In this document: in pieces, positions 30,372 through 45,891 of the stretch
How positions within the stretch are numbered: the first letter of the stretch is position 1
Layout: the number at the start of each line of letters is the position of its first letter
Assembly: GCF_009914755.1 (NCBI RefSeq)
Contig: NC_060931.1
DNA length: 64,000 nt
Origin: the human T2T-CHM13v2.0 reference genome, Homo sapiens
Reading direction: 5' to 3' (one strand)
Position numbers and translations under genes: made by a program
Notes under the pieces: generated by a model
What the model was told of the DNA's origin: nothing
Seen by the model: the letters and a program-made list of their open reading frames with translations, nothing else
Databases searched by the model: none

Positions 30372-32566
30372 TGATTTCTATAAATGGCAAACATTACACA
30401 AGTCTAGTCTAGCTGTTGAATTTTAAGCTACCTATATAACTTCATGGAGCCTCAGTTTTTTCATCAGTAAAATGGAAGTAAAAACATTAACCTTGCTAGG
30501 TAGATATGAAGACTAAATAAGATAGTTTATAGGAAATTACCTGGTAGTACCCAGTACTGAATAGTTCTACAATGTGTAGGTTTATTAATAAAAGTGGGCA
30601 TTAGCTATAATGCCTTTTAAGAATATTGAATCTTGGATCTTTTGTGATCTGGGATTTGTGTACATAAATTCCACTTAAATTCTCAGCAATCTGGAAAACC
30701 TTGAATTATAAATGTCTTTAAACAGGATCCACCAGGCCATAAGTGATCTTTGAAAAAGAAATTTAAAAATCAAGCCACAAAGAAGCCCAGGGTTAATTTT
30801 TCCCTACAAAATAGAATAGGCCCTGATGGGAGGCCTCATGGCACAACAGTAGCGCATCTGGCTCCAGAATAGGCCCTGATTTCCCATGGGTATTATTTTG
30901 TTAATTTTTCTGTCAAATACCCAGAAGAGGTGAGCATTCTGGTCTGGTTCATTGGGCTTGGCCTAATGGTGCTCCTGGTGGTACAAGAATCTCATTTCTC
31001 ATAGTGAATTTAGGAAACTAAAGCAAATACCTATCAAGATATAATAACAGTAATGATTCCAGTGACATCGTGGATATTTTAAATTGCTTCCCATTTTTCT
31101 AAAAGTAGAATAAGTAGATCCTTATTGTAGATTGGCAGTTGATTGAAGAAAACTAACTTAGGAAATGATATTATATTATTCTTTTTAGGCACTGGTAGTG
31201 GAGAGATTGTTCTATTTGATGTTCCTTGGTAAAATACTAGTCCTAACTACCAAGCTGTGGATCTTAAATATAAAAAAGGAAAAAAAAAAAAGAGTAAAGC
31301 TACAAATCTAAAGAAAAAAAAACTGTTTATCATTGAAAATTCATAAACTTTTTCTATCCAACTTAAAATTCTCTAACCCATAGGTGATAAGAAAGTTGGA
31401 TCATATGAAGTATCCTTTAAGAGATCCACATTAAAAGTAAAACAGAACCAAGGTATCAAGTTCTTTCTCAACATGAAAGCAGTTATTTTATTTGTTTATA
31501 CCCATTCTTACTAAGATTTTAGGCTATGAATGTCATAAAAACCACTAACCAAGAGTGTATCTACTAGGTTAGACTCACTCTTGTTTGCAATCAGAGAGGT
31601 ATTGTGAGTGGCTGGGATGGATTTTTTTGGACCTTAAACAAATAGACTAAGCATAACGGAATGCTTGTATTACATACTTACTGGTCCACTAAAAGTGGGT
31701 TGGACATTCCTGGTGGCCTGTGAGATCAAGAGGCTTATATTTCTGTGTCTTCTCAGAGTCTAGCACAAAGCTTTATATGTGATAAGTAGGTGAATGATGA
31801 TAAACTCCTTCAAGAGGGAGTCCCTCTGTATCAAAGATATTGTGACTGCAATGACACAACCTTCTTCCTATCCCTTTATTTTACCATCACAGGACTATCT
31901 CAGGACACAACTTGTAGTTAGACTTATCCTCTACCTTTCCCATTATGTCATACCATTTGCACAGGGACTTAACCCTCTAATTCATTCTCATACTAGCTAA
32001 GAGAATTGGGCTATTTGTGAGTTGAAAAGTAGCTAAGTAGCATTTCAAAATGTTATTTTAGCCTGGATATATATTTGGAGTTGCTTTGAAAATGTCCTTT
32101 TCCATGCAAAACACAAAGCCAAAATTGTCGTTGGTTTCCTCTGTGTAGAAGATTAAATTACATGCCACCTCTAAACAGTAGAGCTTTTCTGAATAACCAA
32201 CTTGGTCCATAGACATTGGTTTCCATCTCCAATAGAATTAATTTCCACCCAATTCCATTTGTGGCTGTTTTTTGTCATCAGTGACAAGCTCTTCACTGTG
32301 CATTCATTGCACACTCAACGCTGTGCTAAGTGCTCTTAGCTTAGCCATTGAGAGATGCACTATTGACTGCTGAATCATTTAGGCAGAGGGGGTGACTTGT
32401 TAAGAGGCATACACTCAAGAGGTTGGGGAAGAGAGCTGAAAAGGAGTTTACACAATGGAGAACTATACCAGTTCACCTTTCAATGTGCAAAAAAATGATA
32501 TACAAAAAATTTTAGTTGGGAAATATAAAAGAACAATACAGCTGAAGAGGATTCTGAAGTATGTAA

Positions 32567-32752
<186 letters not shown>

Positions 32753-34024
32753 TGATCATTTTCTTCTGAAGAAAATATTTGAATTACATTTTGAATAATT
32801 AGAGTAATACAAATAGTGAATATATCTGATTAAGAACTGTCAGGGAACATAATTCCCCCAAATGCAGAAAAGATGGCTTCATAGCAGGGAAAAAGAGAAA
32901 ATAAGAATTCTCCCTTGAAGACATTAAGTACTTGGGGATCTTTTGTCCCAGGCATTTGGGGATGATCAGCAACTGGCAAGAGCCAACACACTGCTCCTGA
33001 TTTGATACCTACACCTCTGCATACTGCTCTTCTAGAGATGTAAGGCCATGGGGTAGGAAAAAAATGAATAGAGGAAACTTCTAAGCTAGGAACTTTATAA
33101 GCCTCAGGAATAGTATGTGAGGAACAGAAACCCTATGACCTTCCTTCATATGACTGATAAAGGCTTTAAAAACACACTCTCCCCACCCTAGACTGATTCT
33201 GTGTATTTCAGATGCTCTTGTGACATCAGACTATTCCTAGGAAACTTGTCTGAACTTGTAGCATCTGAGTAAATTTTGCAGCTTCGCCACTGGATAAGAG
33301 GTGAACACTGAAGGAAGATCACAGAATTGTAAAAAGTTGAAAGATTTCTTAGAATCAAGTAGTCTAACATTCTAGCCCATGCAGAAATCCTTCCTACACC
33401 ATCCTTGATGAATGTTCATTCAGCTTTTATGTGAACATTTCCAGACATTGGCCACTAGCGGCTTCTCAAGGGAGTTTGTTACATGGTTGGAAGTCTCTAA
33501 ATGTTACTTGTGCTTACAGAACTCAATTTGGCCTTTCTGTAGTAACCACCTAGTGAACTGAGATCTGCCTTCCTTAGCAACACAGACCTTCCCACTGAAC
33601 AGCCCTTCAAATATTTGAGAATAGTTCTCATGTCTCCAGCAGACTCTCTTCCAGTTGAGACTCTTCTAGTTCCTTCTATTCCTTACAAACAAGCAGTCAG
33701 TGCTTCTCTGGTCACGATGGGGACACAAAACCCTAAATGCGGCCAGGCCAGCATGGAGATTATTCAACCATGACCTACCTTGATCTCATCAAGATATTCC
33801 TATTACTACAGCTTAAAAATGTGTTTCCTTTCATAATAGCAACATCAGAATTTTAGCTTCTATTGAGCAGGGGCCAACTAAAGACTGGGGCATTTTCATA
33901 CAAGCTATGGTCTAGTAGAGTTCCCTAGTTATATTTATTTAATTGAGCTTTGACCCTAATACAGAACTACACCTATTTCTGCTGGATTTCATCTTGTTGG
34001 TTCTTGTTTACTGACATAATTTTG

Positions 34025-34056
<32 letters not shown>

Positions 34057-34351
34057 TTTGTGACTGAGTCTTACTCTGTCACCTGGACTGGAGTGCAGTG
34101 GTACAATCTCAGCTCACTGCAATCCCTCCCTCCCAGGTTCAAGAGATTCTCACGTGTGCCTCAGCTTCCCAAGTAGTTGGGATTACAGGCGCTCGCCACC
34201 ACGTCCAGATAATTTTTTTTTTTTGTATTCTTAGTAGAGACAGGGTTTTGCCATGTTGTCCAGGCTGGTCTTGAACTCCTGACCTCAAGTAATCCACCTG
34301 CCTTGCCCTCCCAGATTGCTGGGATTACAGGCATGAGCCACCACATTGGCC
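34025..34351 (-). mobile_element. Antisense Alu with (TTA)n tail
   Basis: (tta)n + gagtcttactctgtcacc...gggattacaggcatgagccacc. Confidence 0.93.
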
Positions 34352-34804
34352 AGTTTTGTGTTTTGAATCTAACATCCAGGATATTGTCTACCCCAGTACC
34401 CGTTACCTGGTGTCATAATCAAATCTGATAAGCCTGCCTTCTCTGCCTTTTTCTAGGTCTTGAAAAAATGTTGCAAAGAAAACATTCAACCCCCTATAGT
34501 GAAATCAGGCAGTAAGGATGACAGGCAGAGATTTCTGTGGAGGAAATACATTGCTAGAGTGAAAATCACAGTACCTGCATCTTGGCCCACCAGCTTAGTG
34601 AGCCCAGGAAAGTCATTATCGACCTGAGAAGTCCTTTTAGCTCCAGTAGTTTATGACTCTATGGATATAGGGTGCCTTAGTTTGAGTAAAAACTCATATG
34701 TCAACATTAAAACTTAAGACTGCTATATTATAGGATATTTATTGGTTGCCACGTAAAATAATCATTCAGGGAGGGTTTCTATAGATGGTAAAACAATATA
34801 GCAC

Positions 34805-35030
34805 AATAGTTTCAAGGGCATGGACTTTAGAACAAGACAGACCTGGGTGCTAGTCCTCATTCTGCTACTTACTGGCTGTGCACCCCAGGGCAAATTACTT
34901 ATCCTGTCTTCATATTAGTATCTTCATGTAAAGTAGTAATAATACCACAGAGTTGTGAAAATTAAAGGATAAATGTAAAGTAACAAGAGCAGTGCCTTGT
35001 ACATAGTAAGTGCTCAATAAATAGTAATCA
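34805..35030 (+). mobile_element. MIR SINE
   Basis: ggactttag..agacagacctggg...gggcaaattactt...acatagtaagtgctcaataaat. Confidence 0.8.
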
Positions 35031-35069
35031 TTGCTCTTAAATAAATCCAATTAAAGTGTGATGAATACA

Positions 35070-35408
<339 letters not shown>

Positions 35409-35549
35409 CTATTTCTATTGTGATGATATACACCTAAGATGAGTAGCAGTAAGCAATCAATACTATAAAAACATATTTATAAAAAAGATAATGCAGACTT
35501 AAGGAGAATTCAGTTGTATCAACACTTTGTTTTCCCCTTGCTTCCACAG

Positions 35550-35573
35550 GCTATGCGTACACTTGCATCCTGA
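35550..35573 (+). CDS. SLC26A4: Pendrin exon 21 coding part (AMRTLAS-stop)
   Basis: ccacag|GCT ATG CGT ACA CTT GCA TCC TGA. Confidence 0.97.
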   Translation, partial: AMRTLAS

Positions 35574-36892
35574 AAGTGGGTTCGGGAGGTCTCTATGAGC
35601 AAGGAATACAAGACAAAACTTCCTCAATGCATTGACTATTTCTTCAGACTCAAAACACTCATTCTTTTTTCTATTAAGCCATTGAAAGAGAAGCACTAAG
35701 ACTGCTTCTAGGCTTTATTTATAAAATAAACACCTTATCCCTAACATGGGCAAAATGGCTAGAATTATTCAGACGATTTGGCAGCGTCCAGGGTAAGCTG
35801 GTGTTATAATACGCTGCTGATCTACATCACAGATTTGCTAATAATGTTCACGTGGGCCCTGGCATATCTCTGTTCAGTTAGAGTGAGTGCTGACCCAACA
35901 GCCTCTGTGGTCAAGCGAGTCACGAATGATTAATCATAAAGAAAAATCAGTTTTTGACTGACCTGGATATCCATGAGCTGCTCTGATCACCATGTAAGGT
36001 CACATTTAGTAAATGCTGAAATAAAATGATTAATGCATTTATCAATAAAAGCCTTTGAAAATACTTTGGATAATAAATTGGAGTTTTAAAAATGCAAATT
36101 TGCTTAGTATCTAATAATGAAGTGTTATTACATATAGCCGGAATTGAGGATCTCTTTGATCCTGGAAATGGTTTACCTAAAAGCTACAGAACCAGGCCAA
36201 TATATTTTGAAATATTGATGCAGACAAATGAAATAATAAAGAGATTTTCATGGTTTATAAAAATCTTTTTTGATATGATAATAATCATGATCACAACTGA
36301 GATCAAAAAAATATATGACAGATTATTTTGTTTAAAAATGCAGTTTTAATTATCTTAGTCTATAGAAATGATCATTGCATGGAGGCATGTATAGGTATGA
36401 TCTGTGTAAAATCTGACATAAAAACAGTGCTATTCTGAGTGAAAATTTTTTTGATGTGCTTACATAACCATGGTGATTAAAATGAGTTTATATTTTTTCT
36501 CAAAAATTTTAGCAGTGTGTAAAGTAAGTAATCTTTAACTGAACTCTGACCACTTAAAAAAAAATCTAAAAATTGAACTACCTATAGTAGTCTGTGTTTA
36601 AAGTGAATTTTTAAAGACAAAGCATTCTAAATGAACTCAATATAAAAACATTCATTTGGAATGTACATACTGAAAAATACAGGTTTTTTTGACCAAAAGT
36701 TTTTATATCTTTTCTTTTTATTTATTTTTTTCCTAAGTGCCAACAATTTTCTAGATATTATATACAACACAGGCTTTGATCTTGGGGACTTTTCCCATAT
36801 ATTTCACACTGGAGTGAATGAAGTTGTACTTCATTTCTAGAGAAAAGTTATACCCAGGTCCCCAATTGAGAATGTCTTGCTTGATTGAAAAC

Positions 36893-36985
36893 GACATCAT
36901 CCCTTGGTATACTCCAGGGATTGGTTTCAGGACCCCTGCATTTACCAAAATTTGTGCACACTCAAGTCCTGCAGTCACCCCTGCC
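36893..36985 (+). mobile_element. MER2/MER2B (Tigger-family) fragment in the 3'UTR
   Basis: catcccttggtat..gggattggtttcaggacccc...ccaaaa...ctcaagtcc. Confidence 0.65.
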
Positions 36986-37202
36986 TAAAGATAGAATGGC
37001 TTCTCTGTTTTTCTTCTGAAATACAACCAGAAACAATGTGTCTATTTCTGAAAGAATAGGATTAATGATCATACAAATGGGTTAATCCTGAATTCTGGTT
37101 GTAAATCTGGTTACAGCATAACTAGGATTATAATGCTGCCTCATTTTCACAGCACTACTTGCTTATATTGACAACAAATCATCTCGCTAAAGAGTGAATG
37201 TA

Positions 37203-37584
<382 letters not shown>

Positions 37585-37882
37585 TCACTTTTTTGAAGGA
37601 AATGCCAAAGTTACGTTTTACAACAAGGCTAGAGTTTGTAAATTCTGGGTTCATTTGTGATGACATAAGTCAGCAAACTGCGGGAATACTGTCTCTTCTA
37701 TGTATTTTGTGAATAGTAAGCATAATTTTAGTTTTGTATTATCAATGAAAATTTCACTTGAAATTAAAGCTGCCTTTTGTTATATTTTTAACCTATAGGA
37801 TAAGATTCCAGTATTGTATATGAGTTTTAACAAATTAAAAAATCAAATCATGTACATTTGAAAATATTTGCACACATTTAAA

Positions 37883-37888
37883 AATAAA
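37883..37888 (+). terminator. SLC26A4: Candidate distal polyadenylation signal AATAAA
   Basis: AATAAA preceded by TGTA (37851-37854) and followed by GT/T-rich sequence. Confidence 0.6.
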
Positions 37889-37958
37889 TGTAAAGTTGTC
37901 TTTTAAACTACTCGGATGTGTCCTTTCTGAACAAAACTATTAAATATAATAAAGAATG

Positions 37959-38107
37959 TGCCAGGAGCAGTGGTGCATGCCCTTGTAGTCTCAGCTACTT
38001 GGAAGCCTGAGGTGGAAGGGTCCCTTGAGCCCAGGAGTTAGAGTCTCAGCCTGGGCAACACAGCAAGACCCTGTTTCTATAAATAAATAAATAAAATATA
38101 ATAAAAA
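37959..38107 (+). mobile_element. Alu monomer (FLAM/FRAM-like)
   Basis: gccaggagcagtggtgcatgcc...cagcctgggcaacacagcaagacc + (TAAA)n. Confidence 0.8.
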
Positions 38108-38299
38108 TACTTCATTCTAAGTTTGTCATTGCTCTTATCAGTCATCATTATGAGGCATTCTTTATAGCACCACTTCTGTTTATAATTCCTTTGTGTAGAT
38201 TTATCAGTGCAATAAACAACATTACTCACAAATATCACAGTTAAACCTTGTGATTCTTATCCAAATATTTCCAGTTTATTTTGTGCAATGGTTATTATT

Positions 38300-38782
38300 A
38301 TTTTAAGCAAACTTTTCATTCTGGCACAACATATGTAAAAAAGGATACAAATCACAGTGTACTGCTTGAAGAATTTTCACAAAACAAGCACACAAGGGTG
38401 GCCTGTGCCCAGATCAAGCAGCAGAATGCCACCGGCACCACATAAACTCTTCATGCTCCCTCTTAGTTGGTTGCCCCAAAGGGCAATTACTGTCCTGACT
38501 TTTAAAATCTGTTTTTTTTGAATTGCATAGAAATGGAATCAAAGATTATTTCTTTTTTCCCCCTTTCTTTTGTGTCTGTCCTCTTTCACTCAACATTATA
38601 ATCAAGAGATTCATCCATCTTATTCAATATAGCAATCATTCATTCATTCTCCCTGCTGTATAGTATTCATTCCATTGTAGAATTTACCACCACTTATGTA
38701 TTCATCCTACAGTTTGTGGATATTTGTGTCGTTTCCAGTTTTGGGCTCTCATGAATAGTGCTACTATGAACATTCTTGTGAG
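38300..38782 (-). mobile_element. Old L1M (L1ME-like) fragment
   Basis: ctttcactcaacatt...gagattcatcca...tttccagttttggg...gctactatgaacattcttgt. Confidence 0.7.
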
Positions 38783-39039
38783 GCATCCTTGCACATTCCA
38801 GAAATATTTGGTGGGGTGGGGTTCCTCTATCTGGGGCTTAGATCTGTGAGGTGAGAATCAATGAAATTAGGGTTATTTTCCATTTGCATCAGGTTAGGTA
38901 TCTGAAGAAAGTTTGGTTTCAGTTAGAGTAGCATTTATCATGCAAACAATTTAACAGTGTAACAAAAACCACACAAACTTTAGTTAAATCACATGAAGTT
39001 CAGTTCTGTAAGAAAGTCACATAATGACAAATACCTAGA

Positions 39040-39260
39040 AAAAGAGTGGAAGAGAGAAAAAGTAGAAACAATGAGGGGAGAAGGAAAGGAAGTTCAGAGG
39101 GGAAAGTAAGGGAGAAAAAGGTAAGAGAACCACAGAGAAAAAGAATGACAATTAGGGAAGGAAGAGAAATAAGAAAGGGAAAATTAACGGAAGAAAGAAA
39201 AGACGAAGGTAAAATAAAAGGTGGAAGGAAGAGAAAGACTAAGAAGAAGAAAGGAATGGT
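39040..39260. repeat. GA-rich low-complexity tract
   Basis: Purine-only runs; source of the spurious K/E/R-rich ORF. Confidence 0.8.
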
Positions 39261-40019
39261 GGCGTAGAGAATTTCATAATGGGAAAATAAAATCCAAATA
39301 GAGGATTGATTTCAATATAATCATATCCTTCGAGAACTCAGAGAAGTGAGCAACACTCCCTCCCCCACATGCCACACCATCTCCTGAATTCTTGGTCCCC
39401 CTTACCCAGCTCTTTTCATTAATATCAGCTTCTAGTATGCTGTGTAATTCACTTATTACTGTTTCTCTTCCTGCCGCCTCGCTTATACTAGAACATAAGC
39501 TTCACCAAGGCAGGGTTCTTTATTTTGTTCCTGGACATATACCAAGTATTCAGAAGAGTAAAGAGTGTCAGACACACGGTAGAGGTGCAATAAATACTCT
39601 CAGATGAATGCATTAAGCTAAAGTCAGTGATGCTGAGTAAGGTTAACATAATTTGAGAATGGCAGTCATTAAGTACATAAGACATTCAGAGTTTCCTGAG
39701 CTTGCAGGCCTATTCCAAAGACTTACTGTGACAGCTCACCTGCTTGCCTGTCTGCCTTACCTATTGGTCTCCAGAAAATGGCCTGGGAATTCACTTGTAT
39801 GTTAGCAGAGCTTCAGGGAATTAAAGGCCCTTTAATGTCTATATCCATTTTGAATATGCCAACCAAGTCAGCCCACTTCATCCTTTTCTTCAGGAACATT
39901 TTTGGGCGTGAACATTGAGGTGCTGTTTTTGCATAAGGTCTTCTAGTTTCAAGGTGATTCCCAAAGCATTGTTTTAGATCAAGTGCTCCAATACTCTGAG
40001 TCCCCTTCCAGCTCCTTTA

Positions 40020-40214
40020 AAACTTTTTATTTTGAAATAATTATAAATTCACAGGAATTTGCAAAGAAATATATGGCAAGATTCCCATGCACCCCTCACC
40101 CAGGCTCCCACAATGTTAACATCTTGCCTAGCTACAGTACAATTTAAAAAAACAACACGAAATTGGCATTGGTATAAACCATAGACCTTATTCACATTTC
40201 ACCAGTTATACATG

Positions 40215-40252
<38 letters not shown>

Positions 40253-40350
40253 GGGGCACTCTATGCAATTTTATCCCATGTATAGCTTTGTGTAAACACC
40301 ATCACAATCAAGAAGTTTAACTATGCCATCAGCACAAGACTCCTTCTGGG
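40020..40350 (-). mobile_element. L1M 3' fragment containing a (GT)17 microsatellite (40218-40251)
   Basis: tttattttgaaataattataaattcacagga...aacatcttgc...gaaattggcattggt. Confidence 0.65.
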
Positions 40351-41984
40351 GACCCTTTTAAAAATGCACTCCAAGTGCAGATATACCTCTTCTTCTGACA
40401 CCATTCCCAGACTTATGGCTGAACAAAGACATTCTGAATTAGAGGAATAGCTCTGATATTAGACTTCCTACAATCAGGGTAAGTTGAACACTGAATATTC
40501 TGTTGTAGAATTCATTTGCAATGACTTCTGGTGAGCCTCCAATGAGGACATACTCTTTCTCTGCAATTTCATTTTTGCCCACAGCCACCTCAGCCATGGA
40601 GGAGCTCTAGGTGATACTGGGGAGCATGTAAAGGTCACCTTTTAGATGTTAAAGAATTTTACAAGTCCTTGGCCAGCCAGTACTGCAAGCTGGGAGAGAC
40701 TCTTCACAAGAAAGATCAGGTATGATTCTTGTCAAGGCATTTGCAAACTAGTGGCACTGCCTAACACTTGAGGACGGTTCTTATTTCCGCATGTTGACCA
40801 AAGTAGTGAAGCCTACTCTCTCCAGTTGCATTCACTTCCTAGCTCATCGATTTGTAGTAAACCAGCACAGCAGGATCATTTAACCCATTCCTTTAAGCCT
40901 ATGCCATATACAAAAGAAGGAGGTCTGGACATCTTTCTATTCCCTGACCTGGAAGTATTTGGTTGAGTAAGAGAGGGCCAGACCTTTAGAACACACACAT
41001 GAGCCCATGACCTGTCTCCAGTAAGTTCCCAGTTAAGTGAGTAAGGGAAGAAGGTGGTAAGAAATGAGGCTGGAAGATGACCTGGGGCCAGCTAACGAGA
41101 AGCCTTATATACTACATAAAGGAGCCTAGGTTTTATCCTCCAGTGTGGTAAGAGATAAAGACAAATGGCTGGGTTACATTACCTCGCTAATCCAATCAGG
41201 TGATCTAGGTATCTAGAAATAAATTCAGAAGGTGAAATTAAAGTGGAGATGAATGAGGCTTTTGTTTTTTGTTTCCAAAGGGAGTAAGAGATGAAAGCAG
41301 ACATACTAGCTTTTGTGATTTAGAAATAAAAGGCTTGTTCCATGGATGTGATTTTTATTTTCATAGCCTATCCTTTAAAGATAATTTTAGTATTCTATTA
41401 TTTATAATTACATGAAGCACTACTTTTATGGTAGAAAAAGAAATATGTGCTATTTAAAAACATATAGGTAGAAATAGATATTGATTTGAGATTGTGGAGT
41501 TAACATTTCCTTATAAACATGTTACTGTTTCTATGTGAGAGTCATTGTTTCTTCTGATTTTACTTGCTTGTAATAAAGAAACTTTTGGTCCCTAAAACAA
41601 AGCAAGGAGTGATTGCTCAATATTTCTGTTTAAACCCGTTATTAAATGTTTACAACAAAATACAAGCTGTGGCAAATGAGCATTCTGTGCTTACTGCCAT
41701 CTTCTCCCAAAGAATTAAAGGGCTTGAAAGTGTGGGAGTGATGCTCTGCTCTTCTTTCTCCCCAGCCCTTCTTCTGCATAATAAGTGGCTGGCCTAACCA
41801 GAGGCAGAGCCAGCCACATGGTGTAAGGAGGCATGGGATAAAAACTTACACTCAGGGGAGAAACAATATGCAGGCCAAATTTGCCTGCTTAAATAGTTGA
41901 GGCTAGTTTCTCTTTTTAGTTTCATCTTCCTCTGCCCATCTGCATTCCTACCCCAAAGTATTAGATTTTTCCATTAGTTCCTCA

Positions 41985-42860
<876 letters not shown>

Positions 42861-43015
42861 CTATGTGCAGAGCATATCTCAAAGGATACAAAAGGAACTG
42901 GTCATTTTGGTTGCCTACAGGAAGGAACTGGGTACCTGGGGGCAGGGGTTCGAGGCCGAATTTTTACTGTAGACCCTTTATTAACTTCTGATTTTGTACC
43001 ACAAGAAGGTATTGT

Positions 43016-43021
<6 letters not shown>

Positions 43022-43075
<54 letters not shown>
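43022..43075. repeat. Pure (TA)~27 microsatellite
   Basis: Uninterrupted TA dinucleotide run. Confidence 0.97.
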
Positions 43076-43079
<4 letters not shown>

Positions 43080-43824
43080 TTCCAAGACCGGAAGTAGGAA
43101 CAGGAAGAAGGCCATTGCAGATGTTCAGGATCTATTTGAGACAGACTTAGGAAAACTTAGTGATCAGACTGTGAGGGGAGGAAGAGGGAAGAATTGAGAT
43201 AATCTCTGTTTTTGAATTCTGGATTGAGTAACTAAGTGGATGGTGCTGATAATTACTGAAATATGGGAGACTTGAAGAGGGTCAGTTCACAAGCATTGGC
43301 AGCTCCATAATTTCTGTTTAGGGAGGCTTATGGGTGGCCAGCTAGTTGGAAGTGGGGGCTAAAATAGATGTATTTAAAATATGTGTTTGCATAGCATTTA
43401 TATTAGTCAGGATAGGTTTAATTATACTACAGTAACCTAACACATTCATACCTCAGAACTAAAAAGAGCAAAAACTTTAGTGACTTATACAAGAAAAGTC
43501 TGGGGTGGTTTTTTCTTGCTGAATGTTTGCTGTGGGTCAAGGCAATTTTTTTTTCCATGTGATGACTTAGCATTCTAGGCAGCTTTGATCTTAGACATCT
43601 ATTATCTCAACACAGGATCACCTTTCTTGAAGGCAAGGAAGAACAAAACAAAACAATAAAAGCAAGAATTGTGAACCTGCTTCAAATATTTCCACCCAGA
43701 AGCAACATGTAACTTTCACTCACATTTCGGTGGCCAAAGTAAAAAAAGCGGGCAAATATAATACTTCCAAATGTCTAAGAAGGGAAGGAGAGCTAAAAAT
43801 ATTGGTGACCACTGATACTATGTT

Positions 43825-44066
43825 CTTTTTTGAGAAAGGATCTCCCTCTGTTGCCCAGGCTGGAGCTCAGTAGCACAATTACAGCTCACTGCAGCCTTGA
43901 CATCTCGGGCTCAAGTGAACCTACCACTCAGCTTCCTGAATAGCTGGGACCACAGACTTGCCACACTATGCCGGGCTAATTTTTGTATTATTTGTTTTAT
44001 AGAGAGAGGTTCTTGCTATATTGCCCAGGCTGGTCTCAAACTCCTGGTGCTCAAGGGATCCTCCCA
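43825..44066 (-). mobile_element. AluJ-like element, truncated
   Basis: ttttgagaaaggatctccctctgttgcccaggc...ctcaagggatcctccca. Confidence 0.88.
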
Positions 44067-45443
44067 CACACATACATACTTAAAGAGTAGAACTAGTAAT
44101 GAAAGAAGAATTGAAAATGTACAAGAGGGAATAGATAACTGATGGTGTGTGGACAAAAGACAAGAGGGGATCTAACTTGTATAGGATGAATACTCCCCTT
44201 TCTCTGGGATGAAAGGAATTTAGGATGGGATGGGAGTTGGGGGTCAGGAAGTTGAAGGAATGGTTCTGCCACAGGCCTCTCTTTTATTTCTTTCTAAGAC
44301 AGAAAGGCCAGGACAGATCGACTTCCCAAAATGCTCTTTTCAACTTCTACCCAATTTAATTATGTTCCAATTTGCTTACATCTCCTCTTCACTTTTACCC
44401 TTTTATGCTTTTTTTCTGTCAACTTCTCCCCGTCTGGGATCCATCTCCAGCCCCTAGGTCTTCAGCTGATTTAGAGTATTACCATGGCCAGTCTTCTGGG
44501 ATCACCTTGCCCTTTGATACCCAAATGACAAAACAGTCCATCCTATGTAGGAATTCCAGGCTTTTATTCAATTTCTTTATTAATGAGTGCATTCACATGT
44601 TTAAAAGTTTGTCACCTTAATTCTATAACTCAGTTTCAACTGGTATAATAATACATCTCAAAGATGGACACAGCCTTACCTCCCTTAAACATAACTAGGA
44701 TATGTTTAATAAGATTTTGCTTGAAGGCTTAGGGATAACAGAAAGGAGTCAAGACAGAAAAGTTGAAAAGTATTATAACTCAAATGTCTAGCCCATTTTG
44801 TTCTTGCTTTACTAAGAGTTTCTCAGATATCAGAAAAACATCCAATTACAAAAGGATTGTGGATATTTACTTGTCATGTAGAAAAACTGCCTAAAAACCT
44901 TATTTGAACTCTTGCTCTTCCAACCAAGTTCTTGTCCCTGTGTCAGCTGTCTACTCCCCTCCCTACTGCCCACAAAGAGTTTCCTTCCACAGAATGTTAG
45001 GTACAAAATCTCTGACCTTCAACAGGGTTCTTCTCCAAATCACACCCTGCTACAACATAAGTAGGAGGAATATATTTCTGCAAAACAAAAGCTCCAGTTG
45101 TTAGCCAAACCTGACCCTAATTACACTCCTGAGATGGTGAGGTTTAGTATCGTACCATCATACCCAGCTACAGAAAACGAGAGTTTCTCAAAGTTCGTCT
45201 GCTGATCCCTGCATCAGAATCTCCTGGGGCCTGGGAATCACAAATCAGAACATGTTTGCTTGTAAGACATCCATTAGGTAATTATTTGGGAGGAAATATC
45301 TAGTTTTGGGGCCACAATATATTTATATATCTCTCTCTATATATTGCATTATTGCCATTGCAATAATGCAAAATATTTTACATCTCTTCATGACTTCCAA
45401 ACTTTTGGTGAAACGTATGTGGGAGACTTTATTTACCTGTGAC

Positions 45444-45462
45444 TGGTGCCACCTAGTGGACA
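45444..45462 (-). promoter_or_regulatory. Candidate CTCF binding site
   Basis: Minus strand TGTCCACTAGGTGGCACCA closely fits the CTCF core CCACYAGRKGGCR. Confidence 0.65.
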
Positions 45463-45606
45463 CCATCTCCTAAAACGGTTTCTGTCTAGGATTTTTATCT
45501 ACCTGTCAAATTTGAGGATGATGAAGACAAAGACGAAGATGACTCACAGTCATTAAGTGCTTATTATTTGTTAGGCATTGTGAAAGTTGTGATGCTAGTT
45601 ATTTAA

Positions 45607-45891
<285 letters not shown>

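Noticed and set aside
33449-33561. Partial CTCF-like motifs (ggccactagcggc; accacctagtga)
   Set aside because: Both miss key core positions.
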